The notes: a model not told the origin generated them from the letters alone. DNA of 64,000 nucleotides from an uncultured Clostridia bacterium (GCA_946407735.1 CAMJPL010000001.1:216182-280181), one strand, 5' to 3'; counted from the first letter of the stretch, positions 9,049-18,359 are shown. Program-made: numbers and translations.

Positions 9049-9969
9049 ATGAAAAAGCTTGTTTCGGTTTCCCTGATACTCGCGCTTGCGGCTGTCCTTC
9101 TGGCTCCCGCGGCGTTTGCCGACGGCGCCGATTATACGGCTCCGTTCGCCTCGTCCGCTCCCAAGATCGACGGCCAGATCGACGACATCTGGGCTTCGGC
9201 CGAAGAGATCGTCCCCGCCGAGGTGCATGACGACGATTCGATGTGCACCGGCTATGTAAAGATCCTCTGGGGTCAGGACGCGCTCTACTTCCTCGAGGTA
9301 GCCAAAGACGCTACTCTTCCGACCGCGAACGAGAGCTCCGCCAACTCCTTCGATCTGTGGATATCCGAAAAGAACACCCAGACCGCCGGCTACGACTCTG
9401 ATCCCGGCGATTATCACATCTGCGTCAACTCCAACGGCGTGAAGTGCCCGTACACCGGAAACCAGGACATCTACGACGGCGTCTTTGAGTTCGCCGTTGC
9501 GAACACTTCCGACGGATACGCCGTCGAGATCCGCATGCCGTACGTTTCGGCGACTCCCGCCGAGGGGCATATCATCGGCTTCAACGTCTCGCTCAACGAC
9601 GACTTCGACGACGATGACGGCCGCGATTCCTACTCCACCTGGATGGAGCAGGATGGACATGACGGCTTTTACTGGGATTCGACCTACCTGAACACCGTTC
9701 AGTTCGGCGCCATCCCGGTCGAGACCGCCGCTCCTGAGACCGCCGCTCCCGCTGCCGAGGCCGCCCCTGCTCCCGCCGCCGAAGCCGCTCCCGCCGCTGA
9801 GGCTGCTCCCGCTCCGGCTGCCGAGCCTGCTCCCGCCGCCGCTCCCGTGGCCGCCGCTCCGGCTGCTGCTCCCGCTCCGGCCCCGCAGACCTCCGACGCC
9901 GTATCGGTGGCTCTGATCGCCGCCGCCGCCGCGCTCGGCTGCGCAGTGGTCATCGGAAAGAGAAGATAA
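9049..9969 (+). CDS. Secreted CBM9-like carbohydrate-binding protein with a Pro/Ala linker and a C-terminal membrane/sorting anchor
   Basis: Signal peptide MKKLVSVSLILALAAVLLAPAAFA. APKIDGQIDDIW is typical of CBM9-like (DOMON-type) domains. C-terminus reads PQTSDAVSVALIAAAAALGCAVVIGKRR. Confidence 0.7.
   Translation: MKKLVSVSLILALAAVLLAPAAFADGADYTAPFASSAPKIDGQIDDIWASAEEIVPAEVHDDDSMCTGYVKILWGQDALYFLEVAKDATLPTANESSANSFDLWISEKNTQTAGYDSDPGDYHICVNSNGVKCPYTGNQDIYDGVFEFAVANTSDGYAVEIRMPYVSATPAEGHIIGFNVSLNDDFDDDDGRDSYSTWMEQDGHDGFYWDSTYLNTVQFGAIPVETAAPETAAPAAEAAPAPAAEAAPAAEAAPAPAAEPAPAAAPVAAAPAAAPAPAPQTSDAVSVALIAAAAALGCAVVIGKRR
9718..9888 (+). repeat. Coding low-complexity Pro/Ala/Glu linker repeats
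   Basis: Translates to AAPETAAPAAEAAPAPAAEAAPAAEAAPAPAAEPAPAAAP inside the 9049 CDS. Confidence 0.9.
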
Positions 9970-10002
9970 AACCAAATCGGATTTTCCTCATAAACAATAT
10001 TA

Positions 10003-10040
10003 CCGGGGAGAGCGCTTTCAAGACGCTCTCCCCGGTTTTT
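10003..10040. terminator. Rho-independent terminator between convergent genes
   Basis: 12-bp stem CCGGGGAGAGCG / CGCTCTCCCCGG, followed by TTTTT. Confidence 0.8.
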
Positions 10041-10044
10041 ATCT

Positions 10045-11079
10045 TCATTTTCCTACCGGCGTTATCGTTCTGATGCTGTGATCGCCGTCCGGCTTTATCT
10101 TCAGCTTTATCGTCTCGCTGCGTCCGGCCGATCTTCTGACCTTCATCGGCGTCGAGCCGAAATAGCGGCTGAAATCCCGCATGAAGCTGCTGTATGAGCC
10201 GTAGCCGGATTCGGCGGCTATCTGCTTGACGGTGTGATCGGAGTGCCTCAGAAGCCCGTCGGCGTACTCGAGGCGCAGGTTCCTCAGGTACTCGGTGAAT
10301 GTGACGCCGGTTATCTCGTGGAATTTCGCCGAGAAATACTGCTCCTGCATGTAAAACAGCCTCGCGGCTCCCGCCATGGTCAGCTTTTCGGTGAAATGTG
10401 AGTTTATGTAGTCGACGGCGCTCTGTATCTGCAGGAACCGCTTCTCTCCGCGCCCGTTGCGCGCCGTCCGCTCCGGCGTCATGCCGCCGTAGGCAGCTAT
10501 CCCGGTCCCGGCGGTGTCGATGACGTGTCCCTTGAGCGGGCTTTTCTCAAAGCAGCCGATGAAGCGTATTATCAGCGCCGTCAGAAGCGACGTCATATAC
10601 AGCCTCCGCCGGTCGGCGGGGACAGACTGCCCCGATATCATCTCCTCGAACAGATGCTCCATCGCTTCGGTGTCGGACGGCGTGAGCTGACAGACGAACT
10701 GCTCGTCGTTGAGCAGTCTGCCGAGCAGGCCGCTGTCGACGGCGATGTTCTCGAAGTGCAGGTGATACAGCGTGACCGGCTTTTTAAGGATGATCTCGTG
10801 AAAGTCGCGGTAGTTTACGAAGTTCACGAGCCCCGGCTTTATCTCGTATATCCGGTCGTTCACCTGCAGAGTGCCCTCGCCGCCGATGAACATCTCGAGC
10901 TCGAGCACGTCGTGCCAGTGCATGTAGCAGTTTATGTCGAGCGCGCGCTTCGCGGCGAAGACGCCGGTGTCGTCGTTGTAGCCCTGCGCGTTGAGAGTCG
11001 CCGCGAGACCGCGGTTCTCCGGCGGCGTGAAGCTGCCGTCGAGCAGCTGCGTTGTAAAGGTGGATCTCAGCTGCGGCAT
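10045..11079 (-). CDS. AraC family transcriptional regulator (cupin sensor plus HTH)
   Basis: C-terminal dual-HTH region (YINSHFTEKLTMAGAARLF...IAAESGYGSYSSFMRDFSRYFGSTP). N-terminal cupin-like region. Confidence 0.85.
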   Translation of the reverse strand: MPQLRSTFTTQLLDGSFTPPENRGLAATLNAQGYNDDTGVFAAKRALDINCYMHWHDVLELEMFIGGEGTLQVNDRIYEIKPGLVNFVNYRDFHEIILKKPVTLYHLHFENIAVDSGLLGRLLNDEQFVCQLTPSDTEAMEHLFEEMISGQSVPADRRRLYMTSLLTALIIRFIGCFEKSPLKGHVIDTAGTGIAAYGGMTPERTARNGRGEKRFLQIQSAVDYINSHFTEKLTMAGAARLFYMQEQYFSAKFHEITGVTFTEYLRNLRLEYADGLLRHSDHTVKQIAAESGYGSYSSFMRDFSRYFGSTPMKVRRSAGRSETIKLKIKPDGDHSIRTITPVGK

Positions 11080-11123
11080 CGGGTATCTCCTTTCTTTCGG
11101 ATTATGCGCGCCGGCATTTCAAA

Positions 11124-11155
11124 GAGGGGAAAGCGTCAAGCTCCGCTTTCCCCTC
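11124..11155 (-). terminator. Terminator downstream of the oxidoreductase at 11164
   Basis: 12-bp stem GAGGGGAAAGCG / CGCTTTCCCCTC, with a short T run on the minus strand. Confidence 0.6.
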
Positions 11156-11163
11156 GCTGTTTA

Positions 11164-12255
11164 TCATTCGCCCAGCTTTTTGTATTCGCTGAGATATCTG
11201 TCGTCTAAGTTGACGGTGACGCCCTCGCGGCTGGAGCGGAAGGCGGCCTCCATGACCTTGTAGCAGCGGAGTACCTGCTCCGGCTTTACGATGAGCTCTT
11301 CCTTGCCGTCGATGACGTTTATCAGGTTCTTGTACAGGACGGCCCAGTCCTGCGGAAGGGCGATGTCCGGGTACTGGCAGGTCTCGGACTCGTAGACGAG
11401 CTTCTTGTCGGTGCGGTGAACGACGCCGAGATCGGTGTAGGCGAGAAGATCGTACGGCTGATACTCGCACTTGGTGACCTTTCTCAGCGATCCGTACTGG
11501 GAGCTGATCTCGTCGACCTGGAGAGCGCCGTCCTTGCAGAATACCGACCAGCGCGGGAGCTTTTTCAGGATGAAGGTGGAAACCTCGACCTCGGCGGCGA
11601 GACCCGACTCGAAGGTGAGCAGGACCTTGGCGTAGTCGTCGACGAGCGTCGTGGTGATGCTGCGGATCACCGCGGTAACGGTCTTTACCGGCTCCTGGAT
11701 CAGATACAGCATCTGGTCCATAGCGTGGATGCCCCAGTCGAGGAACATTCCGCCGCCGTGATCGGGCTGGCTGCGCCATCCGGTCATGCTGCCGCCGTCG
11801 CCCTGGATGCGGGACTCGATCATGTACGGCAGCTTGAGAACGTCATCGTCAAAAGCCTTCTTGACGATCATGAAGTCGCGGTCCCAGCGGCGGTTCTGAT
11901 GCACGGTGTAGAATTTGCCGCACTTTTTCGCCGTCTCGATCATGGTCTCGACCTCGGCGCTCGACATGGCGGTCGGCTTCTCGGTCATTACGTTGTTTCC
12001 GGCTTCGAGTGCGGCGCAGGCCATCTGGCAGTGATAGTTGTTCGCCGTGGCGACGACGACGAGGTCGTAGTGCTCGGACAGGAACTCGTCAAGGGTCTTG
12101 CAGGCCTTGAGCCCCAGCTCCTCGGCATGGGCGAGGCGGTCGGGATTGATGTCGTAGACGGCGACGGTCTCCATGTCGATGTCGTCGCGCTTTGTTGTTG
12201 CGTAATGATAGCCCTCGGCCATGCCGCCGAAGCCGATTATGCCTAATTTATGCAT
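11164..12255 (-). CDS. Gfo/Idh/MocA family oxidoreductase
   Basis: MHKLGIIGFGGMAEGYH Rossmann N-terminus. EKP motif (MTEKPTAMS). 363 aa. Confidence 0.85.
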   Translation of the reverse strand: MHKLGIIGFGGMAEGYHYATTKRDDIDMETVAVYDINPDRLAHAEELGLKACKTLDEFLSEHYDLVVVATANNYHCQMACAALEAGNNVMTEKPTAMSSAEVETMIETAKKCGKFYTVHQNRRWDRDFMIVKKAFDDDVLKLPYMIESRIQGDGGSMTGWRSQPDHGGGMFLDWGIHAMDQMLYLIQEPVKTVTAVIRSITTTLVDDYAKVLLTFESGLAAEVEVSTFILKKLPRWSVFCKDGALQVDEISSQYGSLRKVTKCEYQPYDLLAYTDLGVVHRTDKKLVYESETCQYPDIALPQDWAVLYKNLINVIDGKEELIVKPEQVLRCYKVMEAAFRSSREGVTVNLDDRYLSEYKKLGE

Positions 12256-12286
12256 AGTCTTCTCCTGTTAATCTTTATTACAGCGG

Positions 12287-12378
12287 GGGGAGAAGGACCC
12301 TTTCTGAAGAAAGGGTCCTTCTCCCCTGCACCCCCTCTTCTCCCAAAAACTTTTGATACTTAAAGCGTTTTGGGGATG
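12287..12378. repeat. Intergenic mosaic repeat (long hairpin plus CAAAAACTTTTGATA tail)
   Basis: 18-bp perfect stem GGGGAGAAGGACCCTTTC / GAAAGGGTCCTTCTCCCC (12287-12326). The tail is homologous to 13504-13558, 56518-56560, 63928-63968 and, inverted, 60328-60372. Confidence 0.85.
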
Positions 12379-12393
12379 AAAAACTGTTTTGAC

Positions 12394-13443
12394 TCAGATG
12401 CAGACGCTGATGGTCTGGCCCTTCGCGTCGCTCTCGAAGCAGGCCATGATGACGGCCATCGAGCGCTTGAGCTGAGCGTGGGTTATGAGCTGGGGCTCCT
12501 CGCCGTCGATCGCCTTGCAGACGTTGCGGTAGAAGTCATGAACGTCGGAAGCCGGGCGGGCCACGGTGTAGGTGTCGGTGGTCACGCTGTCGCGCGGAGC
12601 CATAGTCTTTGTCAGACCGGCGGCAGTCTTGACCGGGAGGACGTCGTTCTCGTGCCAGGCCTTGCATTTGACGACCTGAGTCTCCTCGCGCCAGTCGCGG
12701 ATCATCGCGGTGCCCTTCTTGCAGCGCATGTAGAAGCGCGGCATCGGGATGAAGTTGTATGTGCCGACCTCGACGAGGGCGGATACGCCGTTGTCGAAGT
12801 ACATGTTCAGCTTGAAGCCGTCGTCGACCTCGGTCGTCGTGATGTTGTCGAGCTTGCAGTTAAGCGAAACGACCTTGTTGTCCGGCAGGAGCTGGAGGAT
12901 CTGGTCGATGGTGTGGACGCCCCAGTCGAAGACCATTCCGCCGCCGTAGGGCTTCTGGGCGCGCCAGTCGGACGGTATGCCGCGGGAGCCGTGGATGCGG
13001 GACTCGATGTTGATCAGCTCGCCGATCTCGCCGGAATTCAGTATCTGCTTCATCGCCAGGAAGTCGACGTCCCAGCGGCGGTTCTGATGGACGGTGAACA
13101 GCTTTCCGGTTTCGTTCGCGGTGGCGATCATGTGGTCGAGCTGCTCCATGTTCAGAGCGACCGGCTTCTCGCAGATGACGTTCTTGCCGCCTCTGAGGCA
13201 GGCCTCGACGACCTCCATGTGCTGATCGTTCGGTATGGCTACGGTGCAGAGATCGACGCGGGAATCGCCGAGGACCTCGTCAAGCGAGTGATAGGCGTAA
13301 ATGCCTCTCGACTCGGCGAGCGTGCGGCGCTCTTCCTTTATGTCCCATATGCCGAGCAGATTGACGACGTCGCTCTGAAGCGCGTGCTCAACGTGCCATC
13401 CGCCCATGCCGCCGTATCCGATAACTACAAGATTCTTTTTCAT
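12394..13443 (-). CDS. Gfo/Idh/MocA family oxidoreductase
   Basis: MKKNLVVIGYGGMGGWH N-terminus. CEKPVALN motif. 349 aa. Confidence 0.85.
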   Translation of the reverse strand: MKKNLVVIGYGGMGGWHVEHALQSDVVNLLGIWDIKEERRTLAESRGIYAYHSLDEVLGDSRVDLCTVAIPNDQHMEVVEACLRGGKNVICEKPVALNMEQLDHMIATANETGKLFTVHQNRRWDVDFLAMKQILNSGEIGELINIESRIHGSRGIPSDWRAQKPYGGGMVFDWGVHTIDQILQLLPDNKVVSLNCKLDNITTTEVDDGFKLNMYFDNGVSALVEVGTYNFIPMPRFYMRCKKGTAMIRDWREETQVVKCKAWHENDVLPVKTAAGLTKTMAPRDSVTTDTYTVARPASDVHDFYRNVCKAIDGEEPQLITHAQLKRSMAVIMACFESDAKGQTISVCI

Positions 13444-13470
13444 AATTGATACACCTTTGTTTTATGCGAT

Positions 13471-13558
13471 GGGGAAGGGACTATTCTTCAGAAAAGTCCC
13501 TTCCACTCGCGCTCCCATATCTTCAAAAGACTTTTGCTAAGGGAGGTTGTGGGGATTG
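13471..13558. repeat. Intergenic mosaic repeat (hairpin plus CAAAAGACTTTTGCTA tail)
   Basis: GGAAGGGACT...AGTCCCTTCC stem around a TTCTTCAGAA centre. The tail is homologous to the 12327-12378 copy. Confidence 0.8.
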
Positions 13559-13598
13559 TTGATCGAAGTCAGATATCAGTTTCGCAAAAATCAACGGA

Positions 13599-14570
13599 TC
13601 ACGCCCAGCCCATGGTGGTCGGCTTGCCGTCGAAGAGTATGGCCTCCTTGAGGAAGGCGACGGCCTTAGAGAGACCCTCGTCTACCGAGGTCAGGCTGTC
13701 CTCATGCTCGATGGACATGACGCGGTCATAGCCGACGAGACGCAGGTTGGAGACGATGTCGCGCCAGAACTGCATGTCGTGGCCGTAGCCGACGGAACGG
13801 AAGACCCAGCTGCGGTCGATCTCTTCGCTGTAATGCTTGGTGTCGAGGACACCGTTGACGGCGCTGTTGATCGGGTCGATCCTGGTGTCCTTCGCGTGGA
13901 AGTGATAGATCGCGCCGGCCTTGCCGAGGGTGCGGATGACCGAAATGAGATCCATTCCCTGCCATACGAGGTGGGACGGGTCGATGTTGGCGCCGAGGTT
14001 GTCGCCGGCGAGCTCGCGCAGCTTGAGAAGCGTCTCGGTGTTGTAGACGCAGAAGCCGGGATGCATCTCGAAGGCGAAGCGGACTCCGTGCTCCTTGCCG
14101 AACTTGGACATTTCCTTCCAGTAGGGGACGAGGACGTCGTTCCACTGATAATTGAGAACGTCAAGATAATCGTCCGGCCACGGGCAGGTGACCCAGTTCG
14201 GATGTTTCGACTCGGGGCAGTCGCCCGGGCAGCCGGAGAAGGTGACTATGGTGTCAAGGCCCATCTTCTCGGCGAGAAGGACGGCGTTCCTCAGATCCTT
14301 GTCAAAGCCGTCGGCGATCTCCTTTACCGGATGGACGGGGTTGCCGTGGCAGGCGAGAGCCGCCGGCTCGATATCGTATTTTTTGAAGGTTGCCATGAAT
14401 TCGTTGAAGGCCGCCTGATCGGCGAGCAGCTTCTCGGGATCGCACTGGTTCTTGCCCGGATAGCCGCCGGCGCCCAGCTCGACGGCCTGAACGCCCATAG
14501 GGGCAAGCTTGGCGAGGGTCTCGTCAAGGGTGAGCTTGCTGTAAAGGTTCGCAAGTACGCAAAGCTTCAT
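13599..14570 (-). CDS. Sugar phosphate isomerase/epimerase (xylose-isomerase-like TIM barrel)
   Basis: 323 aa. FEMHPG, IDPSH and SIEHED metal-ligand-like motifs are typical of AP-endonuclease-2/xylose-isomerase-like TIM barrels. Confidence 0.8.
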   Translation of the reverse strand: MKLCVLANLYSKLTLDETLAKLAPMGVQAVELGAGGYPGKNQCDPEKLLADQAAFNEFMATFKKYDIEPAALACHGNPVHPVKEIADGFDKDLRNAVLLAEKMGLDTIVTFSGCPGDCPESKHPNWVTCPWPDDYLDVLNYQWNDVLVPYWKEMSKFGKEHGVRFAFEMHPGFCVYNTETLLKLRELAGDNLGANIDPSHLVWQGMDLISVIRTLGKAGAIYHFHAKDTRIDPINSAVNGVLDTKHYSEEIDRSWVFRSVGYGHDMQFWRDIVSNLRLVGYDRVMSIEHEDSLTSVDEGLSKAVAFLKEAILFDGKPTTMGWA

Positions 14571-14643
14571 TGTATGTTCCTCCGTGTATTACAGATACAT
14601 TTGTTTTTGTCTTGCTGCGTGGGGTGTACGGCGCCCTTACGGG

Positions 14644-16128
14644 TCATCCGAGAGATTCAAAGGTGGCGACCATCTTGTCGACAGCCGTCTGGGCCTTGTC
14701 CTTCACCTTAGCCATGGCGGACGCGACGTCCGGCGATTTCTTGGAAAGCTGTCCCTCGAGCGCCGCAGTCATGCCGCCGATGCTGAAGATATAGCCGATG
14801 TCATACAGCTTGCTGCCGAAAATTATGTCGAGCATGCCTTCGGACTCGTTGTCCCTGAGGACCTTGCCCTGAAGCGAGATATCGTAGAAAGCCGGCTTCA
14901 GGAAATTGTATGATTCTGCCGCGAGAGACTCGGCGATTATCGCGGCGCGGTCGGGATCCTGCACCGACGCCGGCACGGATGCCGCGTAGCCGTCGGCGCG
15001 GACGGGAGTGTAGTATTTGTCCTGTGTCTCGTTGTATTTCGGGAAGGGAAGCACTCCGAAATCGGTATCCATGGATCGGTAGTCTCTCGGGATGTTCTCG
15101 AAGCAGGAGGTCCTTATGAGAGCGCGGTCCTCCTGGAATATCTGCGAGGCGTATTTCCAGATGTCGTCGGCTTTGATCTTGTTCGCGTTAAAAACGTTCT
15201 CCTTGTCCGATACGAACTCGATGACCCTGGCGCCGACCTCGACGGCTTTCTCGCTGCCGAACTCGATCTCGAGCGTGTCTCCGGTATTTATTATCTGACG
15301 GAGTCCCGCGGAATGATAAAAGTCGGAAACTCCCCCGTCCTCGGAGACGATGCCCCAGAGGTCGTACTGATCGAGCACGCCGTTGCCGTCGATATCCGAA
15401 GTGACGTCTGAGCCGAGCTCCTTCATCTTGTCCATGATCCATTTTCCGGAGGTGACAAGGTCGTAGGGATTCTCCAGCCCGTAATTTTCCCACAGGCCTT
15501 TATTGAAGTAGGAGCAGGCGACGCGCATGTCGTCATAAAGCATGATGTCGCCGCTGTCGAAGAACAGCTTCCCGGCGATGGTCATCTGCTTTTTCAGGTC
15601 CTGATCCCACCATGCTGCGTCGGTGTCGAAATACTGGAGATCATACATATTCAGAAGATATCCGCCCGTCGCCAGCGTATAGGAAGAGGCGTAGGAGACG
15701 ATGCAGAACTGATACGCGTCGTCGCCGGCCGCGACCGATTTCTTCAGGGTGGCGGCGACGTCTGACGGCTCGAACTGGGATATCTTGACGTTGAAGCGGT
15801 CTTCGACCGTGAGGTTGCGGCGGTATATGGCGTCGTTGATGGTGTCGCCGTTCTCGGATTCCGCGTCGGCGTTGAGATAATACTTTATGTTCTGACCTTC
15901 GTTGCCCTTGGTGATAATGACATATGAGAAACCGTCAAAATCCGAATCCGGAACGTTGGCCCGTACTTCAGCGGCAGTTGTTTCGTTTTCCTCGGGAGCC
16001 TCCGTCACCTGAGCGGTGTCGGTGTTGCCGGAAGGCGCGGTCGGCGACGATTGGGACTCTCCGCATGCGGCGGCGTACGACAACAGGAGCGATGAGATCA
16101 GAAAACTGAGGATCCTTTCGGTTTTCAT
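14644..16128 (-). CDS. Extracellular solute-binding lipoprotein (LplA/LipO-like)
   Basis: MKTERILSFLISSLLLSYAAACG lipoprotein signal (the track start at 16146 is an in-frame alternative). DIDGNGVLDQYD loop. TDFGVLPFPKY motif. Confidence 0.85.
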   Translation of the reverse strand: MKTERILSFLISSLLLSYAAACGESQSSPTAPSGNTDTAQVTEAPEENETTAAEVRANVPDSDFDGFSYVIITKGNEGQNIKYYLNADAESENGDTINDAIYRRNLTVEDRFNVKISQFEPSDVAATLKKSVAAGDDAYQFCIVSYASSYTLATGGYLLNMYDLQYFDTDAAWWDQDLKKQMTIAGKLFFDSGDIMLYDDMRVACSYFNKGLWENYGLENPYDLVTSGKWIMDKMKELGSDVTSDIDGNGVLDQYDLWGIVSEDGGVSDFYHSAGLRQIINTGDTLEIEFGSEKAVEVGARVIEFVSDKENVFNANKIKADDIWKYASQIFQEDRALIRTSCFENIPRDYRSMDTDFGVLPFPKYNETQDKYYTPVRADGYAASVPASVQDPDRAAIIAESLAAESYNFLKPAFYDISLQGKVLRDNESEGMLDIIFGSKLYDIGYIFSIGGMTAALEGQLSKKSPDVASAMAKVKDKAQTAVDKMVATFESLG

Positions 16129-16185
16129 AAGCTTATGTCCTTGCATATCTAAAGGTTCGGGCGGCGAAGGCCTGTTCTGGTTTGA

Positions 16186-16217
16186 GCGGGGAGGGATGAA
16201 CGGGCATCCCTCCCCGC
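16186..16217 (-). other. Intercistronic stem-loop without a U-tract
   Basis: 13-bp stem GCGGGGAGGGATG / CATCCCTCCCCGC between the oxidoreductase at 16232 and the binding-protein gene. Confidence 0.5.
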
Positions 16218-16231
16218 CTGCAGCGCGTGAA

Positions 16232-17311
16232 TCAGAATCTGTAGATGTCGCCGGACTTGGCGGACTCGTAGATGCCTTCGAGGATGCGGGTCACGCAGAA
16301 GGCCTGCTCGGGAAGGACGACCGGATCCTTGTCGTTGATGACGGCGTTCATCCATGTGCGGGCTTCGCGGACCTCGGGAGCCTCGTCGCCGGCTCCGTCG
16401 AAGAAGGCGGCTCCTCCGGCGTGCAGGTCGGGAGTAAGGACGTACTGACGGCCGTTGCGGACGCCGTTGATGCGGACTCCGCCCACCATGTCGCCGCCGG
16501 CCAGAGTGCCGGATACCTGAGTAACGGCCTCGCGCACGTCGAGGGTGTTGAGGGCCCATGAGGCCTCCAGATTGACGGTCGCTCCGTTTTCCATCACCAC
16601 GAAGCCGAAGGCGGAATCCTCGACAGTGAACTTCTCGGGATCCCAGGCGCCCCAGGCGTTGGCCTGATCCTTGTCGTTGTTCAGCTTGTGATAGGTGGTG
16701 CCGACGCAGTACTTCGGCTTGTAGTTGTTCATTACCCAGAGGGTGAGGTCGAGAGCGTGGGTGCCGATGTCGATAAGGGGACCGCCGCCCTGCTCATACT
16801 CGTTCAGGAAAACGCCCCAGGTCGGGACGGCGCGGCGGCGGATGGCGATGGCGCGGGCGTAGTAGATGTCGCCGAAGGTGCCGTCCATCGCTTCCTTCTT
16901 CATATAAAGGGAGTCGGGACGCTGACGGTTCTGATAGCCGATGGTCAGCTTCTTGCCGTACTTCTTGGCGGCGTCGAGCATCTTCTGAGCCTCGGCGCTG
17001 TTGATAGCCATCGGCTTCTCGCACATGACGTGCTTGCCGGCGGCGAGGGCGTCCACGGTGATGAAGCTGTGAGCGCGGTTCGGTGTGAGCACGTGGACCA
17101 CGTCGATGGTCTTGTCCTCGAGCAGCTGCTTGTAGTCTGTATATACCTTGGCGTCGGGAGTACCGTACTGCTTCGCGGCCTTCTGGGCGCGCTCCTCGAT
17201 CAGGTCGCAGAAGGCGACCATCTCGCAGCAGTCGAGCTTGGAGAGAGCCGGCATGTGCTTGCCGTTGGCGATGCCGCCGCAGCCGATTATGCCTATTCTT
17301 ACCTTATCCAT
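16232..17311 (-). CDS. Gfo/Idh/MocA family oxidoreductase
   Basis: MDKVRIGIIGCGGIANGKH N-terminus. CEKPMAIN motif. 359 aa. Confidence 0.85.
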   Translation of the reverse strand: MDKVRIGIIGCGGIANGKHMPALSKLDCCEMVAFCDLIEERAQKAAKQYGTPDAKVYTDYKQLLEDKTIDVVHVLTPNRAHSFITVDALAAGKHVMCEKPMAINSAEAQKMLDAAKKYGKKLTIGYQNRQRPDSLYMKKEAMDGTFGDIYYARAIAIRRRAVPTWGVFLNEYEQGGGPLIDIGTHALDLTLWVMNNYKPKYCVGTTYHKLNNDKDQANAWGAWDPEKFTVEDSAFGFVVMENGATVNLEASWALNTLDVREAVTQVSGTLAGGDMVGGVRINGVRNGRQYVLTPDLHAGGAAFFDGAGDEAPEVREARTWMNAVINDKDPVVLPEQAFCVTRILEGIYESAKSGDIYRF

Positions 17312-17511
17312 GTCTGATATCCTCCGGATAAAAATATACGTATTGATATTATACCCTATGAATCACATAAAGTCAAGCGGAATTTTGGAATTTCTCGGCC
17401 GAACTCGAAAATTAGACGCTTAACCCCGATGAGCGCATATCTTCTAAATTTCGATACATGAGGAGGTGCTTTTTTTGTTGAAAAAACGGATGAATTATTT
17501 TCTCTATTCGA

Positions 17512-17540
17512 TTGACATAGCCATAAATAAATGGTATACT
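17512..17540 (+). promoter_or_regulatory. Sigma-A type promoter for pyrK-pyrD
   Basis: TTGACA, 17-nt spacer, TATACT, 40 nt upstream of the ATG at 17580. Confidence 0.65.
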
Positions 17541-17579
17541 CTTTGCGAGTAGTATTACGCTGAGGAAAGGACGGCCGAA

Positions 17580-18359
17580 ATGCGCGACTGCATCGCTGAA
17601 ATCGCCGAAAACAGACTCATCTGCCGGGAGGGCGGGATATACAGCCTCACGCTCAGAGCCCCGTCGATATCGGACGGAGCGGCTCCGGGAAGATTTTACG
17701 AGATAAGGGTCGGAGGCGAGGGCGGACGCTTCACGCTCAGACGCCCGTTTTCCGTCGCGTTCTATGACATGGACAGCATAACGATCCGCTATAACGTCGT
17801 CGGCGAGGGCACTAAGTGGCTCTCCGGCATGAAGGCCTGGGACAGGCTCGACGTGCTCGGCCCGCTCGGAAACGGCTGGCCGGTCGACAAGACGAAGAAA
17901 ACGCTGCTCGCCGGCGGCAGCACCGGGATATTCTCGGTTCTCGGAGCCGCCATGGAACTCGGCTCGCCGGTGAAGGCGGTGCTCGGCTTCAAAACGGCGT
18001 CTCTTATAAATTCTCTCGACGATTTCGGAGCCTTCGGCGCCGACGTCTCGGTCATAACCGACGACGGCAGCTCGGGGCGGGGAGGACTCATCACCGAGCT
18101 CCTTGCCGAGGAGCTCGCGAAGGGGATATACGACCGCGTGTTCATCTGCGGCTCGACGATGATGATGAAAAAATGCGCCGAAACGGCGGCCGGCTTCGGA
18201 GCGGAGGCGTTCGTCTCGCTCGAGGAGAGGATGGGCTGCGGCGTCGGAGCCTGCATGGGCTGCGTCGCGAAGATAAAGGCGGATAACGAAAACGGCTGGG
18301 AATATAAGCGCGTCTGCAGGGAAGGACCCGTGTTCCGCGCTTCGGAGGTCGTATGGTGA
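17580..18359 (+). CDS. pyrK: Dihydroorotate dehydrogenase B electron-transfer subunit
   Basis: FAD/NAD-binding fold with a C-terminal 2Fe-2S motif CGVGACMGCV. Overlaps pyrD (ATGGTGA). Confidence 0.85.
   Translation: MRDCIAEIAENRLICREGGIYSLTLRAPSISDGAAPGRFYEIRVGGEGGRFTLRRPFSVAFYDMDSITIRYNVVGEGTKWLSGMKAWDRLDVLGPLGNGWPVDKTKKTLLAGGSTGIFSVLGAAMELGSPVKAVLGFKTASLINSLDDFGAFGADVSVITDDGSSGRGGLITELLAEELAKGIYDRVFICGSTMMMKKCAETAAGFGAEAFVSLEERMGCGVGACMGCVAKIKADNENGWEYKRVCREGPVFRASEVVW

Noticed and set aside
9718-9888. Tandem GC-rich repeats (also at 44271-44452 and 27398-27472) as possible CRISPR or non-coding satellite arrays.
   Set aside because: They are in frame inside CDSs and encode Pro/Ala/Glu linkers or an AEKAA tail. 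There is no repeat-spacer organisation and there are no cas genes.
16186-16217. The GCGGGGAGGGATG hairpin as another member of the mosaic repeat family.
   Set aside because: It shares only general G-richness. It has no TTCTTCAGAA centre, no GAATAAGTC arm and no CAAAGACTTTTG tail. It is treated as an ordinary intercistronic stem-loop.
17312-17579. A PyrR-type attenuator upstream of pyrK-pyrD.
   Set aside because: The predicted promoter leaves only a ~40-nt leader, with no terminator/antiterminator pair and no recognisable PyrR binding loop.
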